From the NCBI GenBank assembly GCA_963632335.1, contig CAVGUA010000081.1, forward strand, positions 12,131-57,288: 45,158 nt of DNA, written 5' to 3'. The notes beneath the pieces are model-generated. The model had not been told where the DNA came from. It ran no database searches and saw only the letters and a program-made list of their open reading frames with translations. Origin of the DNA: Parabacteroides goldsteinii (GTDB taxonomy: Bacteria > Bacillota_I > Bacilli_A > RFN20 > CAG-826). The position numbers and the translations under genes are program-made. Below are positions 1 to 7,782 of this stretch, piece after piece (within the stretch, counting starts at the first letter, position 1; every line of letters begins with the position of its first letter).

Positions 1-2
1 GA

Positions 3-482
3 CGTAATGGTATATATACGACTTTGAAATATGGTTCTGAAAAAAGCATTAATAAATTAATTTCAGAATTAAAGGAGTTTGCTTTTGTTGTCTGTCCTGA
101 TTATTCTGTTTATGGAAATTTCCCAAATTACAAGCAAATTAATGCGATGTCAAAAAGTAGAGAAGTTGGTTATGTATTATCTACATTTGGCATCAAGGTT
201 GTGGTTAATTTTAGAGCTACTTACGAATGGACATATGAATTAGCGTTGACAGGCATTTCTTATAATGGAATTGTTGCTATAGGAACATTAGGTTGTTTGA
301 AAGATAAACAATCAAGAAAGTTATTAAAAAATAGTGTTAAAGCATTAATTGAATATGTTAAACCACGTATACTTATAATATATGGAAGTGCTCCGAGTGA
401 TATATTTAATATAGTTAATAAAATAGGATGCAGTATTTGGCAATTTGATTCATCAATTTCAAAAGCATTTAAGGAGGTTTAG
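3..482 (+). CDS. DUF4417-like protein, 5'-truncated by the window edge
   Basis: The frame is open from nt 3, with no stop upstream of the TTG at 24 used by the ORF track. TAG stop at 480-482. The string VCPDYSVY..P.YKQIN..SKSREVGY.L..FGIKVV.N.....Y.....G.....VAIGTLGC......LL....+L.....P..L+IYG matches my recollection of the Pfam DUF4417 core (PDFS.Y...P...Q.WN.YR.R..G......GI.VIP...W......F.G......VA+.T.G......F..GL......L.P..+++YG). That family is seen mostly in phages and prophages. Confidence 0.6.
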   Translation, partial: RNGIYTTLKYGSEKSINKLISELKEFAFVVCPDYSVYGNFPNYKQINAMSKSREVGYVLSTFGIKVVVNFRATYEWTYELALTGISYNGIVAIGTLGCLKDKQSRKLLKNSVKALIEYVKPRILIIYGSAPSDIFNIVNKIGCSIWQFDSSISKAFKEV

Positions 483-486
483 TTAT

Positions 487-972
487 ATGGGGATGAAATA
501 TGATTCAAAGCATTTTATATTTAATGGAGAAAATATTGCTGGAGGAGAGTCTAAGAGGATAGGATGTTTTAAATTGAAATCAGGGAATTTAAAAAGAAAA
601 GGTAAGCTTCCTGTTTTTGATAAAAATGGTCATGTAACTCTTGAAAGCATTTCTGCAAGAAGAGAGTTTTTTCTTGGAAAGAGTATTTCTAGATTGGAAC
701 ATGAATTACATAAGTTTGGTTATAAAACAACAAGAAGACCATCAAAATTCGATGATTCACGCGCAAAAATTATAATCACTCTAAATTCATCAAAAAATAG
801 GAATATTACGCAAATTCAAGTTTCTCCTGGAAGCAAAAGACATGGAAATATCCCGTATGTTAAAATAAGTACGTCGGATATCGGAAGAATTAAAATTATT
901 GCTGGAACTAAGGATGCTTATAAAACAGATGGAAAAGAAAATGCAATAATATTATTTAGGAGGAAAAAATAA
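487..972 (+). CDS. Hypothetical strongly basic 161-aa protein (candidate orphan toxin domain)
   Basis: ATG at 487 lies 10 nt downstream of AAGGAGG (470-476). The track's upstream extension from 445 overlaps the preceding gene and has no RBS. I count about 36 K/R versus 14 D/E. I recognise no family. The stop TAA overlaps the next start (TAATG at 970-974). Confidence 0.6.
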   Translation: MGMKYDSKHFIFNGENIAGGESKRIGCFKLKSGNLKRKGKLPVFDKNGHVTLESISARREFFLGKSISRLEHELHKFGYKTTRRPSKFDDSRAKIIITLNSSKNRNITQIQVSPGSKRHGNIPYVKISTSDIGRIKIIAGTKDAYKTDGKENAIILFRRKK

Positions 973-1427
973 TGAATTTATTAAAAGAAAAACTTATACC
1001 ATTTGATGGACTAGGAGAAATTAAATTATTATCTTCATTTGAATATGTTAAAAATATTTTAAAAATGGAGAAAATAAATTTTTCTATTGCTTATCAGCCA
1101 AATAAAGGGTGCAATCCAGAAGTGCCATGGACAATCATATATGTAGAAAATTCAATTTCTCTTACATTTGCAAAAGAGAAACTATGGCGTATTACTTGTA
1201 AAGAAAAATTTGTTGGTTCGCTAGAAAATGGTATTAAATTAGGAATGCCATTAAAAGAAGCTCTAAAAATTGACACATCGTTAATATTCGATGATTGGAA
1301 TGAAGTTTATGAATCGAGAGAAGGATATTGGCTTGAAGATAATTTGGACAACAATACTGTTTTGTCTTTTACGATTTTTATCAAAGAAGCATTAGATGAT
1401 GATGTTTTTTTCAAATATGATTGGTAA
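972..1427 (+). CDS. Hypothetical acidic 151-aa protein (candidate cognate immunity protein)
   Basis: The ATG overlaps the upstream stop by 1 nt (TAATG), and an AGGAGG at 959-964 lies just upstream. I count about 25 D/E versus 18 K/R. No signal peptide or TM segment. The G.GEIKL and ENGIKLGMPLKEA strings resemble small immunity proteins found next to polymorphic toxins. Confidence 0.55.
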   Translation: MNLLKEKLIPFDGLGEIKLLSSFEYVKNILKMEKINFSIAYQPNKGCNPEVPWTIIYVENSISLTFAKEKLWRITCKEKFVGSLENGIKLGMPLKEALKIDTSLIFDDWNEVYESREGYWLEDNLDNNTVLSFTIFIKEALDDDVFFKYDW

Positions 1428-1596
1428 TTGTTATTTTGCCTCGGATAGATATTTATATTTTTTCGAGGCATTATGACATACATTGAATATAAATTGTTGT
1501 TTAAAAAAAATGGAACAACCAACTAAAAATTAAAGGAATGAAAATTTGAGAATTCTTTATGACAACTTCAAATAAAAATCATATATGACTAATAAT

Positions 1597-1624
1597 TTGT
1601 CAATAATGATTCGACTTTTATAAA
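1597..1624 (+). promoter_or_regulatory. Candidate sigma-A promoter for cysS
   Basis: TTGTCA (1597-1602), 16-nt spacer, TATAAA (1619-1624). This would give a leader of about 40 nt. Confidence 0.35.
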
Positions 1625-1669
1625 TGCATTTTATTTATAAATGGGCGCAAATATGCTAATATATTTGCC

Positions 1670-3001
1670 ATGGAAATTAAATTTTATAATACATTAACAA
1701 ATAGTATTCAAGTATTCAAACCTATTAAAGAAAATGAAGTAAGCATCTATTGTTGCGGACCTACAGTTTATAACGAACCACATATTGGAAATATGAGACC
1801 AGTAGTTATTTTTGATACGCTTGTTCGTTTTTTAGAATATGTTGGTTATAACGTAAAATATGTAAGCAATTATACTGATGTAGACGACAAGATTATTAAC
1901 AAAGCAATGGAAGAAGGGGTAAGCGAACTTGATATTTCTAATAGATATATAGCTAGTTATAGAGCTTGTTTAGATGAATTAAATTGTTTAAAAGCATACA
2001 AGAATCCAAGAGTTACAGAATATATGCCTTACATTATTAAATATATTGAAAATCTTGTTAATAAAGGCAATGCATATGTTTCTGATGGTGATGTATTTTT
2101 TGATGTTACAAGTATTCCAAATTATGGATGTTTATCAAATATTAAATTAGATGAACTTGATGCCGGTAAAAGAATTGCGACTAGTGATAAAAAACATAAT
2201 CCATACGATTTTGCTCTTTGGAAAAAAACTGATAAAGGTATTAAGTGGCATACTGAATGGTGCGAAGGTAGACCTGGGTGGCATACTGAATGCTGCGTTA
2301 TGATTGACACTATTTTTGGTGGTAAAATCGATATTCATGGCGGAGGACATGATTTAATATTCCCACATCATGAAAATGAAATTGCTCAAGCAGAAGCTAC
2401 AAACCACAATACAATTGCTAATTATTGGATTCATAATGGAATGATGAATATAAATAGTGAAAAGATGTCAAAATCTTTAGGCAATGTTATTCTTGCAAAA
2501 GATGGTATTAAAGAATATGGCGCAGACACTATTAGATTGTTGCTTTTAAATTGCCAATATAGATCTATTTTAAATTTCACAGATGAAACTGTTAATGAAA
2601 CTAAATTAACTCTTCAAAAACTGGAAAATGTTTGGAAGCAATTGAATCTTAAAATTGCTCAAAACAATGGCGAACTCTATGGAAAATCATCCTTGATGGA
2701 TAAATTTTTAAGTGCACTTGCTGATGATATTAATTTACCAAATGCAATTACTGAACTTTTAGATGTTATTAAATCTGCAAATATTGAAATAAGAAAACCA
2801 AATTCTGATTTACATAATTTAGAAAATTATTTCTATACTTTGCAAGATATGGTCAAGATTTTGGGTCTTCATAATGTTGTAAAAGAATATTCTAAAGAAG
2901 ATATGGATTTATATAATCAATATATTAATGCAAAAAAGAATAAAGATTTTGAAACAAGTGATAAAATAAGAAATTCCTTAATTGAGAAAGGAATAATCTA
3001 G
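1670..3001 (+). CDS. cysS: Cysteine--tRNA ligase
   Basis: 443 aa. Class I signatures HIGN (CCGPTVYNEPHIGNMR) and KMSKS are present, and the N-terminus MEIKFYNTLT is typical of CysS. Confidence 0.95.
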   Translation: MEIKFYNTLTNSIQVFKPIKENEVSIYCCGPTVYNEPHIGNMRPVVIFDTLVRFLEYVGYNVKYVSNYTDVDDKIINKAMEEGVSELDISNRYIASYRACLDELNCLKAYKNPRVTEYMPYIIKYIENLVNKGNAYVSDGDVFFDVTSIPNYGCLSNIKLDELDAGKRIATSDKKHNPYDFALWKKTDKGIKWHTEWCEGRPGWHTECCVMIDTIFGGKIDIHGGGHDLIFPHHENEIAQAEATNHNTIANYWIHNGMMNINSEKMSKSLGNVILAKDGIKEYGADTIRLLLLNCQYRSILNFTDETVNETKLTLQKLENVWKQLNLKIAQNNGELYGKSSLMDKFLSALADDINLPNAITELLDVIKSANIEIRKPNSDLHNLENYFYTLQDMVKILGLHNVVKEYSKEDMDLYNQYINAKKNKDFETSDKIRNSLIEKGII

Positions 3002-3010
3002 GAGGAAGTT

Positions 3011-3760
3011 ATGAATTTGGTAGTTTTAGCAGCTGAAAGTTCAAAAATGACCATTGATAGAATTATTGTTGATTACTTTAATGGTTTAGGTGCTTATGGT
3101 AACTTTCTTTTAGTAGTGATTTGTTTATTATTATCAATAATTTTAGGCGGATGTATAGGATATCAAAGAGAAGTTAGTGGGCATGCTGCTGGATTAAGGA
3201 CCCATGTTTTATTTAGTCTTGGATGTTGCTTATTAACAATTATAAGTGTTTATGGTGGGATAAATAATTTTGGCGGATCATATGACACTGCACGTATTAC
3301 AGCTGGTGTTGTTGGTGGAGCTGGGTTTTTAGGAGCAGGAACTATTATTCATAATGGTGTATCAATTAAAGGTTTAACAACCGCTGCGACTTTATGGATG
3401 TCAATGGCAATAGGTGTAGCATGTGGATATGGTTGGTTAATTGTTGCAATTATTGTAACTATTCTTTCTTGGATTGTTTTAACATTCCTTGTAAAAATTG
3501 AAGATTTTGCCTCAAGAAAAAATATTAATATTATGATGATTGTTGAAAAAGAAAATAATGCGATTCCTAAACTTTTAGAAATTTCTGACGAATCCAGTTT
3601 AACAATTAAAGATATTTCAACTTCTTTAGCAACTTATAAAGGAGAAGGGGTTTTAAGGATAACTTTTTCGATTTGCACAAGGGATCATAATAGGGCTGAG
3701 GTCTTATTAAATACTATAAGAGCTGAAATTTCACCTCTCACAATTGAAAAAATACAATGA
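3011..3760 (+). CDS. MgtC/SapB family membrane protein
   Basis: 249 aa. GGCIGYQRE...AGLRTH is the MgtC signature, followed by several TM helices and a soluble C-terminal domain. Strong RBS GGAGGAAGTT precedes the ATG. Confidence 0.8.
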   Translation: MNLVVLAAESSKMTIDRIIVDYFNGLGAYGNFLLVVICLLLSIILGGCIGYQREVSGHAAGLRTHVLFSLGCCLLTIISVYGGINNFGGSYDTARITAGVVGGAGFLGAGTIIHNGVSIKGLTTAATLWMSMAIGVACGYGWLIVAIIVTILSWIVLTFLVKIEDFASRKNINIMMIVEKENNAIPKLLEISDESSLTIKDISTSLATYKGEGVLRITFSICTRDHNRAEVLLNTIRAEISPLTIEKIQ

Positions 3761-3780
3761 TTTTTTAACGACGGGGTCGA

Positions 3781-4536
3781 ATGAATTTTAGAAGTTGCAA
3801 TTTTGGGTATCGAAATAAAAAATTAATTATGGTTAAATTTGAATCAAACAACTCAATCTATGAATCACTACAATGTGATAGAGTTAAAAAGCTTTATATA
3901 AGTGATACTTTTGCTAACGATAGGATTTTAAAATTAGCCAAAGAAAAAAACGTCCTAGTAATTAGACTAGCCAAGAATGAATTTTCTAAGAGATTTGGTA
4001 ACAAAAATCAGGGATGCGTTGCAGAAGTAAAAGAGTATAAAACTTATTCTTTAGAACAATTGTTAGAAAGTTGTAAGGACCAAAAAAATCCAATTATCGT
4101 TATACTTGATGAATTAAGTGATCCACACAATTTGGGTGCTATATTGAGAAGTTCTGACGTCTTTGGCGTATCTGGTGTCATTTATAAGAAACACAATAGT
4201 GTATCTTTAAATTCAACGGTTGCAACCACATCAGCTGGAGCTATAAGTTATGTTAAGTGTTGTGAAGTAGCGAATCTATCGCAAACAATTGAAAAACTAA
4301 AGGAAAATAGGTTTTGGGTAGTCGGACTTGCTGGAGAAGCAACAAGCGATTTAAAGTCAATTCCTAAAGATTGCCCTTTAGCAATTGTTGTTGGAAGTGA
4401 AGGTTATGGTATTTCGCGTCTTGTAAGAAAAAATTGTGATTTTATGACGAAAATACCAATGCAAGGACACGTAAGTTGTCTTAATGCATCTGTTTCATGT
4501 GCAATAGTTTTATACGAATTAAGTACAAGAAAATAG
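3781..4536 (+). CDS. rlmB: 23S rRNA (guanosine-2'-O)-methyltransferase, TrmH/SpoU family (RlmB/YacO type)
   Basis: SpoU motifs are present (DPHNLGAILRS, VVGSEGYGIS, IPMQGHVSCLNASVS). The position after cysS matches B. subtilis yacO. The start could instead be the ATG at 3829. Confidence 0.85.
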   Translation: MNFRSCNFGYRNKKLIMVKFESNNSIYESLQCDRVKKLYISDTFANDRILKLAKEKNVLVIRLAKNEFSKRFGNKNQGCVAEVKEYKTYSLEQLLESCKDQKNPIIVILDELSDPHNLGAILRSSDVFGVSGVIYKKHNSVSLNSTVATTSAGAISYVKCCEVANLSQTIEKLKENRFWVVGLAGEATSDLKSIPKDCPLAIVVGSEGYGISRLVRKNCDFMTKIPMQGHVSCLNASVSCAIVLYELSTRK

Positions 4537-4572
4537 AATATAATTTTAATTTTTAAACTAAGGAGGACAGCT

Positions 4573-5244
4573 ATGAAAAAGCATAGCTTTATTAACCTAA
4601 AAAATAATAAGGTTGCAATTAAATATTTAATTGAAAGTCGAGAAGGAAATAAGTCGTCTCAAAGATATCTTTATGAAGCTTTAAAAGAATATACAAAAAA
4701 TTATATTTATTCACTTTGGTATCGTCATAGTGGTGTTGGTTTGACTTTTCAAGAAGTTGATGAAGAATTCACATATTGTTATATGCAATTACTTGAGAAA
4801 TTTGATGAAACATTAGGAATTTATCTTTTAAGATATTTTAATGCTCTTCTATATAAAAGAGTAAAAGCGATTCATAAAAGAGCTAAGTGTGTAACAAGGA
4901 GGATTCAAGCCTCTTCAAATGGTCCAACAGAAGATTACTTTTCAAATGATTATAGCATAAAAGAAATAGACTACGATGAAAACAAAAAAAGAATTGATGA
5001 TAGCGAACTTTCTAATATTATTTTAGGGCCAACATCGAAAGTTTTAGATGATGAAGAAAAATATGTTTTTGAGTTTTTAACTCAATCCTACAGTATTAGA
5101 GAAATTGCAAAAATATCTAAATTAAAGTATTCTCAATGTCTAAAAAAATATAAAACTGGAAGCAGTAAAATTAGACATTATTTAAAAAGAATTAATCTTG
5201 ATGAAAATGCAAATTCATCAGCTTCAGTCATGGAAGAAAAATGA
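4573..5244 (+). CDS. sigH: Divergent sigma-70 family sigma factor, SigH-like
   Basis: Its position between rlmB and rpmG-secE-nusG matches sigH in Bacilli. The C-terminal HTH-like segment (YSIREIAKISKLKYSQCLKKYKTGSSKIRHYL) and the region FNALLYKRVKAIHKRAK resemble SigH regions 4 and 2.4/3. RBS AAGGAGG. TGA stop. Confidence 0.6.
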   Translation: MKKHSFINLKNNKVAIKYLIESREGNKSSQRYLYEALKEYTKNYIYSLWYRHSGVGLTFQEVDEEFTYCYMQLLEKFDETLGIYLLRYFNALLYKRVKAIHKRAKCVTRRIQASSNGPTEDYFSNDYSIKEIDYDENKKRIDDSELSNIILGPTSKVLDDEEKYVFEFLTQSYSIREIAKISKLKYSQCLKKYKTGSSKIRHYLKRINLDENANSSASVMEEK

Positions 5245-5252
5245 CTTTAATA

Positions 5253-5281
5253 TTGACAAAGAAAGTTTAATTTCTTATATT
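5253..5281 (+). promoter_or_regulatory. Near-consensus sigma-A promoter upstream of rpmG-secE-nusG
   Basis: TTGACA (5253-5258), 17-nt spacer, TATATT (5276-5281). Confidence 0.5.
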
Positions 5282-5303
5282 AATTAATCAAAGAAAGGAT
5301 ATA

Positions 5304-5462
5304 ATGAATCATATGAGGAAAAAGGTTATTTTAATTTGCTCTGAATGCTTAAGTAGAAACTATACTACTACTAAAAAAAGTGAAAATTCTTCTGAACGTT
5401 TGGAAATAAAAAAATATTGTCCTCATTGCAATAAGCATACGATTCATAAAGAAAGCAGGTAG
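5304..5462 (+). CDS. rpmG: 50S ribosomal protein L33 (zinc-binding form)
   Basis: Not in the ORF track because it is under 60 aa. My hand translation gives [52 protein letters not shown] with TAG at 5460-5462. It has CxxC...CxxC and the L33 signature YTTTKN-like/LE.KKYCP.C.KHT.HKE. The canonical 49-aa form would start at ATG 5313. The RBS AAAGGA (5293-5298) favours 5304. Confidence 0.85.
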   Translation: MNHMRKKVILICSECLSRNYTTTKKSENSSERLEIKKYCPHCNKHTIHKESR

Positions 5463-5469
5463 ATTGGTT

Positions 5470-5670
5470 ATGGGAAAGATTGTTAGATATTTTAAAGGTG
5501 TTGCTAAAGAAGCTCATAGAATTCGTTGGATTAAAAAAGATGAATTTTGGAAAGCTGTTGCTACTGTTTTAGTAATCACTATTTTTGCGGCTACTTTTTT
5601 AGCTATTGAAGATGCGGCTGCAGGTACTTTAATCACTCAACTTAGAAACGCTTTTGAAAGCCTTAGATAG
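5470..5670 (+). CDS. secE: Preprotein translocase subunit SecE
   Basis: A small protein with the E..K+.W motif followed by a single TM helix (AVATVLVITIFAATFLAI). Position between rpmG and nusG. The track start TTG at 5464 is also possible. Confidence 0.85.
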   Translation: MGKIVRYFKGVAKEAHRIRWIKKDEFWKAVATVLVITIFAATFLAIEDAAAGTLITQLRNAFESLR

Positions 5671-5689
5671 TAGAAAGTAGGAAATTAAA

Positions 5690-6295
5690 ATGGAAGAAAA
5701 AGATTTAAATGAGAAGCAATGGTACATTGTTACTACTTATTCATCACATGAAGATAAAGTTGCTGAAAATATTCGTAACCGTATTCAATCAATGAATTTG
5801 GCTGATAAGGTTTTTAGAGTTGTTGTTGCAAATGAAGAAATACCTGTTTTAGATAAAGATGGAAAACCAAAAAAGAAAGTTGATAAAAAGACTGGTCAAG
5901 TAATTGATGTTCCACCAAAAATTAAAAACTTATATCCTGGTTATATTTTTGTTGAAATGATTATGACCGATGATTCTTGGTTTATGGTTCGTAATACTCA
6001 AGGTGTTACTGGTATTGTTGGATCTAGCGGTGGTGGTCAAAAACCTACACCAGTTGGTGCAAGAGAAATGGAAACCGTTCTTAAGAGAATGGGCATTGTT
6101 GATAAATCAATGTACGATCAATACAAAATTGGAGATGAAGTCAAAATCATCAATGGTACATTTGAAGGCGTTGAAGGAAAGATTACTAAAATTGATGCAG
6201 AAAATGGAAATGTTACTGTTGATACTGTATTCTTTGGAAGACATACTCCTGTCGAACTTGAATTCAACGAAATTGTTAAGGTTTTTAGCAAATAG
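5690..6295 (+). CDS. nusG: Transcription termination/antitermination factor NusG
   Basis: N-terminal WY.V.T.SGHE-like motif (WYIVTTYSSHEDKV) and a C-terminal KOW (GDEVKIINGTFEGVEGKITKID). At 201 aa it carries an insertion in the NGN domain (about residues 52-78). Confidence 0.95.
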   Translation: MEEKDLNEKQWYIVTTYSSHEDKVAENIRNRIQSMNLADKVFRVVVANEEIPVLDKDGKPKKKVDKKTGQVIDVPPKIKNLYPGYIFVEMIMTDDSWFMVRNTQGVTGIVGSSGGGQKPTPVGAREMETVLKRMGIVDKSMYDQYKIGDEVKIINGTFEGVEGKITKIDAENGNVTVDTVFFGRHTPVELEFNEIVKVFSK

Positions 6296-6332
6296 TCGAT
6301 TATATCGAAACAAATTCATAAGTAAAAAATTG

Positions 6333-6380
6333 AAACCATGTATGAAAATGAATAGTTCATATGTGGTTTTCTAATTTTTA
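6333..6380 (+). terminator. Rho-independent terminator after nusG
   Basis: A 14-bp stem pairs AAACCATGTATGAA (6333-6346) with TTCATATGTGGTTT (6356-6369), including two G-U pairs. The loop is 9 nt and a T-rich tail follows. Confidence 0.65.
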
Positions 6381-6454
6381 TAATAAATAGAGAAAAAAAC
6401 TGTTGAATTTTTCTTTATTTTTTGATATTTTTATTTAGCATATCGGAAAATGCA

Positions 6455-6531
6455 GGTTATATGTAATATAACTCGGTGGAAGAAGTTGCGAAACTTCATA
6501 AAACCACTAATCACTATAGGAGGAAACGAAA
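6455..6531 (+). promoter_or_regulatory. Structured rplK-rplA leader (candidate L1 autoregulatory site)
   Basis: There are two tight hairpins: GTTATAT/ATATAAC (6456-6472) and GAAGTT-GCGA-AACTTC (6482-6497, GNRA loop). The second is nested in GGTGG (6475-6479) and CCAC (6504-6507). It sits just upstream of the RBS AGGAGG and the GTG start. A candidate promoter, TTGAAT (6403-6408), 17 nt, TATTTT with TGn, lies upstream. Confidence 0.35.
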
Positions 6532-6945
6532 GTGAGTAAGAAAATCGCAAAAGTCGTTAAGATGGAATTACCTGGCGGCGAAGCTAAACCAGGCCCAAAA
6601 CTTGCTAGTGCTGGCGTTGTCATGCCAAAGTTTTGTACAGATTTTAACGCAAAAACAGCTGATCGTAAGGGTCAAACTGTTCCAGTAATTATCACTGCGT
6701 ATGAAGACAAAACATACTCAATGGAAATTAAGACAAGTCCAACCGCAGAATTAATTATGAAGGCCGTTGGAATTAAACAAGGAAGTGCAAATCCAAAAAC
6801 AACTAAGGTTGGAAAGATTACAAAAGCACAAATTAAAGAAATTGCAGAATATAAGATGCCAGATTTAAATGCTAATGATATTGAAGCTGCAATGAAAACA
6901 ATCGAAGGATGTGCTGTTAATATGGGAGTCGAAGTTATCGACTAG
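6532..6945 (+). CDS. rplK: 50S ribosomal protein L11
   Basis: 137 aa with a GTG start after AGGAGG. Typical L11 sequence (PGGEAKPGPKLA..G......FC..FN). Confidence 0.95.
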   Translation: MSKKIAKVVKMELPGGEAKPGPKLASAGVVMPKFCTDFNAKTADRKGQTVPVIITAYEDKTYSMEIKTSPTAELIMKAVGIKQGSANPKTTKVGKITKAQIKEIAEYKMPDLNANDIEAAMKTIEGCAVNMGVEVID

Positions 6946-6958
6946 TAGAGGTTAATTT

Positions 6959-7645
6959 ATGAAAAAATATGGTAAAAAATATCAAGAAGCTCTTAAGTTA
7001 ATCGATACTAAGAAACTTTATTCCGTTCATGAAGCATGTGAACTTGTTAAGAAAACAAGCGTTACTAAATTCGAAAGTGGTGTCAGTTTATCAATGCATT
7101 TAAATATTGATACAAGACAAGCTGATCAACAAGTTAGAGGAACTGTTGTTCTTCCACATGGTACTGGTAAGAGTGTTAGAGTTTGCGCTATTACTACAAA
7201 AGTAGAAGATGCAAAAGCAGCTGGTGCCGATTATGCCGGTGGCAAAGAATTATTAGAAAAAGTTCTTGGTGGTTGGTTTGATTTCGATGTTATGTGCGCT
7301 ACCCCAGAAATGATGGGTGAAATTGGTAAAGCAGGCCGTGTTTTAGGTCCTAAAGGCTTAATGCCAAACCCAAAAGTTGGTACTGTTGGTCCAGATATTA
7401 AGAAAATGGTCAGCGAATTAAAAGCTGGTAAAGTTGAATATCGTGCTGATAAGGATGGAAACATTAACATTCTCTTTGGTAAAGTTGGATTCGATACTGA
7501 AAAGTTAGAAGATAACGTCAATACAATCATTAACCAAATTATTAAAGTTAGACCAAGTGCTGTTAAAGGTACATATATCTTCAATAGCTCAATCCATACA
7601 ACAATGGGTCCAAGTGTCAAACTTGCAGTTAGTGATCAAAAGTAG
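6959..7645 (+). CDS. rplA: 50S ribosomal protein L1
   Basis: 228 aa with typical L1 motifs (RGTVVLPHGTGK, LGPKGLMPNPK.GTV). Confidence 0.95.
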   Translation: MKKYGKKYQEALKLIDTKKLYSVHEACELVKKTSVTKFESGVSLSMHLNIDTRQADQQVRGTVVLPHGTGKSVRVCAITTKVEDAKAAGADYAGGKELLEKVLGGWFDFDVMCATPEMMGEIGKAGRVLGPKGLMPNPKVGTVGPDIKKMVSELKAGKVEYRADKDGNINILFGKVGFDTEKLEDNVNTIINQIIKVRPSAVKGTYIFNSSIHTTMGPSVKLAVSDQK

Positions 7646-7668
7646 TTGTTTATTAAATTAGTTTAGTT

Positions 7669-7782
7669 GGCTTTATATACCATAGACCGTAACGACACAA
7701 TTTGTGTTTAATTATGTTACCGAGGTAGTTGTTATATCCTCATGTATATTGGCCCCTAATAAATAAAAATAGGAGGTAAAGA
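7669..7782 (+). promoter_or_regulatory. rplJ (L10) leader-like structured region
   Basis: Long-range pairing of GGCTTTATATAC (7669-7680) with GTATATTGGCC (7744-7754) encloses the inner helices GTAAC (7689-7693)/GTTAC (7716-7720) and ACACA/TGTGT. The position is that of the L10(L12)4-binding leader known in Firmicutes. Confidence 0.45.

Noticed and set aside
1428-1669. Possible T-box riboswitch upstream of cysS
   Set aside because: I found no conserved T-box sequence, no specifier-loop or GA-motif architecture, and no terminator/antiterminator pair. The region is only 240 nt of AT-rich sequence with short AT hairpins.
5970-6374. 134-aa ORF overlapping the nusG 3' half in another frame
   Set aside because: It lies entirely inside or alongside a well-supported nusG frame. 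It has a low-complexity L/K-rich product and no RBS. Treated as spurious.
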